Origin: Phenylobacterium sp.
Lineage (GTDB): Bacteria > Pseudomonadota > Alphaproteobacteria > Caulobacterales > Caulobacteraceae
DNA length: 36,208 nt
Direction of reading: 5' to 3'
Assembly: GCA_035627295.1 (NCBI GenBank)
Contig: DASPLZ010000332.1
Location: 1 to 36,208, forward strand
Shown: positions 34,004-36,208 of the stretch, in pieces
Layout of the letters: every line of letters begins with the position of its first letter
How positions within the stretch are numbered: position 1 is the first letter of the stretch
Program-made: the position numbers and the translations under genes
Notes under the pieces: model-generated
Told to the model about the DNA's origin: nothing
What the model saw: the letters and a program-made list of their open reading frames with translations, nothing else
Database searches by the model: none

Positions 34004-36208
34004 TCAGCCCAGGAAAGCCGCCGTCGCCTCGATCGCCTCGACGAGGCCCATGCGTTGCAGCTCTACCCCCTCCGGCAGGCTAGAGAACAGCCGCGTCGGC
34101 GCGGCGGCGTCGAGCATGACGAAGACGCCCTTGTCGTCCGCCCGGCGGATCAGGCGGCCGAAGGCCTGGGCGATGCGGGCTCTCGCCAGGGCGTCGTCGT
34201 AGGTCTTGCCGCCGAAGCGGGCGCGGCGGGCCTTGTGTAGGATGTCCGGGCGCGGCCAGGGGATGCGGTCGAAGACCAAGAGGCGAAGGGAGCGACCCGG
34301 CACGTCGACGCCGTCGCGCACGGCGTCGGTGCCGAGCAGGCAGGCGTCCTCCTCGGCGCGGAAGATGTCGACCAGGGCCCCGACCTCCAGCGGATCGACG
34401 TGCTGGGCGTAGAGCGCCAGGCCCCGGTCGGCGAGCGGGGCGGCGATCCGCTCGTGCACGGCGCGCAGGCGGCGGATGGCGGTGAAGAGGCCGAGCCCGC
34501 CGCCGCCGGCCGCCAGGAAGAGCTCGCGCATGGCGGCGGCCACCTGCCGCGGGTCGTCGCGGCCGACGTCGGTGACCACGAAGGCGCGGGCGTTGGCGGC
34601 GTAGTCGAAGGGCGAGGCGAGCCTGAGCACCTTCGGCGATGACGGCAGGCGGGCCGCGCCGGTGCGCATCTCGGCGAGGGCGAAGGGGTCGTCCGCGCCG
34701 GCGTCGGTGAGGGTGGCGCTGGTCACCAGCACGCCATGCGAGGGGGCGATCACTGCGGCGGTCAACGGCTCGGTGGGGTCCACCCAGTGGCGGCGGCAGG
34801 CGGCGTCGACCACCCGGCCGTAGAGGAAGGTGGCGTCGAACCAGTCGACGAAGTCCGGGTCGTCCTCGGCGTCCTCGTCGATGGCGCGCAGCATGGAGCG
34901 CCAGGCCGGCAGGGTCATGCGCGCGCGGCGGTCGAGCCCGCGCAGGGCGCCTTCGATGCGGGCGCGCTCGGAGGGGCCGAGCAGCGAGGCGTCCTCGTCG
35001 AGCACGTCCTCCAGATGGCGCGCCAGGGCGACCAGCGGCGCCTCGACGGCGGCGAGGGCGGCGGCGGCCTCGCGGGCGGTGTCGCGCACTAGGTCGATGG
35101 CCGGGCGGGCGGCGCATTCCATGCCGACCTCGGAGGGGGCGGCCCGGGCGCGCAGCTGCTCCAGCACCGCCACCAGGAAGCCCTCGACCGGCCCCATCGG
35201 GCTGACCTCGCCGTTCGGCGGGGCGATGCGGCCGGACCAGCCCTCGCCGGGAAGGGCGACGGCGGCGCGGGTGGCGTCGATCAGGGCGCGGCGGGCGTCC
35301 TCGTGCTCGCCGAGCACGTCCATCAGGCGGGCCTCAAGCCCCCTGCCCCGGCGGCCCCGCCCTTCCGGCCCGCGGATCCAGCGGCGCAGCTCGGCGGCCT
35401 CGGCGCCCGAGAGCGCGGCGGCGAAGGCGCTATCGGCGGCGTCGAACAGATGGTGGCCCTCGTCGAACACCAGCCGCTTCAGTCGGGCGGTCTCCACATC
35501 GGCCTTGGAGCCGCGCGCGGCTCTAGCGCCGTCAAAGGCCGCCTGGGTCATCACCAGGGCGTGGTTGGCGATGACGAGGTCCGCCCGCCGCGAGGCGCGC
35601 ACCGCCTTCTCGATGAAGCAGGCGCGGTAGTGCGGGCAGCCGGCGTGGACGCACTCGCCGCGCCGGTCGACCAGGTTGGCCGCGTTCGCCTGCGCGGCGG
35701 GCGAGACGGCGAAGAGGGTGGGCAGCCAGGCGGGGAAGTCGCCGCCGGTCATGTCGCCGTCGCGGGTGGCCCGGGCCCAGCGGGCGGCCAGCCCCAGGCC
35801 AATCAGGTCCGCCCCGCCGAGCTGGGCGGTGTTGGCCTGCTCCTGGAAGTTCAGCAGGCACAGGTAGTTCTCGCGCCCCTTGCGGACCACGGCCTTCTTC
35901 GCGCGCGTCTTGGGGTCGGGATAGACGGCGTGGCTCTCCCGCTCGATCTGCCGCTGCAGCGCGCGGGTGTAGGTCGAGACCCACACCGCCGGCCCGTTGG
36001 TCTCGGCCCACAGCGAGGCGGGCGAGAGGTAGCCCAGCGTCTTGCCGACGCCGGTGCCCGCCTCCGCCAGCACCATGCGCGGCTCGTTCTCCCGCTCGCG
36101 CGGCTGGAAGGCGAACGCAGTCTCGCCGGCATACTCGGCCTGGACCGGCCGCGCCTCGTCCAGGCCCAGGCGCGCCAGCATCTCCACCAGCCGCGCCTGC
36201 GCCAGCTC
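34004..36208 (-). CDS. DinG/YoaA family ATP-dependent helicase, 5'-truncated by the window edge
   Basis: EAGTGVGKT, KGRENYLC, DEGHH, SPFDY, DGVDVPG and QAFGRLIR. Confidence 0.93.
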   Translation of the reverse strand, partial: ELAQARLVEMLARLGLDEARPVQAEYAGETAFAFQPRERENEPRMVLAEAGTGVGKTLGYLSPASLWAETNGPAVWVSTYTRALQRQIERESHAVYPDPKTRAKKAVVRKGRENYLCLLNFQEQANTAQLGGADLIGLGLAARWARATRDGDMTGGDFPAWLPTLFAVSPAAQANAANLVDRRGECVHAGCPHYRACFIEKAVRASRRADLVIANHALVMTQAAFDGARAARGSKADVETARLKRLVFDEGHHLFDAADSAFAAALSGAEAAELRRWIRGPEGRGRRGRGLEARLMDVLGEHEDARRALIDATRAAVALPGEGWSGRIAPPNGEVSPMGPVEGFLVAVLEQLRARAAPSEVGMECAARPAIDLVRDTAREAAAALAAVEAPLVALARHLEDVLDEDASLLGPSERARIEGALRGLDRRARMTLPAWRSMLRAIDEDAEDDPDFVDWFDATFLYGRVVDAACRRHWVDPTEPLTAAVIAPSHGVLVTSATLTDAGADDPFALAEMRTGAARLPSSPKVLRLASPFDYAANARAFVVTDVGRDDPRQVAAAMRELFLAAGGGGLGLFTAIRRLRAVHERIAAPLADRGLALYAQHVDPLEVGALVDIFRAEEDACLLGTDAVRDGVDVPGRSLRLLVFDRIPWPRPDILHKARRARFGGKTYDDALARARIAQAFGRLIRRADDKGVFVMLDAAAPTRLFSSLPEGVELQRMGLVEAIEATAAFLG

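Noticed and set aside
1-36208. CRISPR arrays, tRNA/rRNA genes, integrases, transposases or prophage genes
   Set aside because: No regularly spaced direct repeats, RNA gene signatures or mobile-element proteins were recognised by eye.

Overview
High-GC alphaproteobacterial chromosomal window. Gene content and order (zitP-ftsEX, argH-lipoprotein-lysA, chorismate mutase-hisC-tyrA) suggest Caulobacteraceae, possibly Phenylobacterium-like. Most of it is housekeeping or metabolic: an OMF efflux lipoprotein (partial), a CYP153-like P450, thiolase, SDR, CitMHS and DAACS transporters, a DgcA-like epimerase, ppc split by a 1-nt frameshift, acyl-CoA synthetase, a GPH-type MFS transporter, GNAT, a cold-shock gene, tlpA, argH, lysA, hpt, zitP, ftsEX, plsC, chaC, hisC, tyrA, a flavoprotein disulfide reductase, an ArsR/SRPBCC pair and a DinG helicase (partial). 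The standout region is an uncharacterised co-oriented module at 10973-13080. It starts with a LuxR/sigma4-type HTH protein with a C-terminal transmembrane anchor. The apparent low-complexity linker of that protein fully contains a second 110-aa gene in the +1 frame, with its own SD-like site, start and stop and about 95% GC3. A 119-aa helical protein, a multi-TM GGxPER protein and an Rtr-like XRE regulator follow. Also seen: two inverted copies of a composite palindromic intergenic repeat, a second repeat type supplying the ppc stop, back-to-back divergent start codons (CATATG) for tlpA/argH, and a palindromic 3' overlap between lysA and a 2H phosphoesterase gene. Codon counts and pairings were made by eye and no database searches were run.
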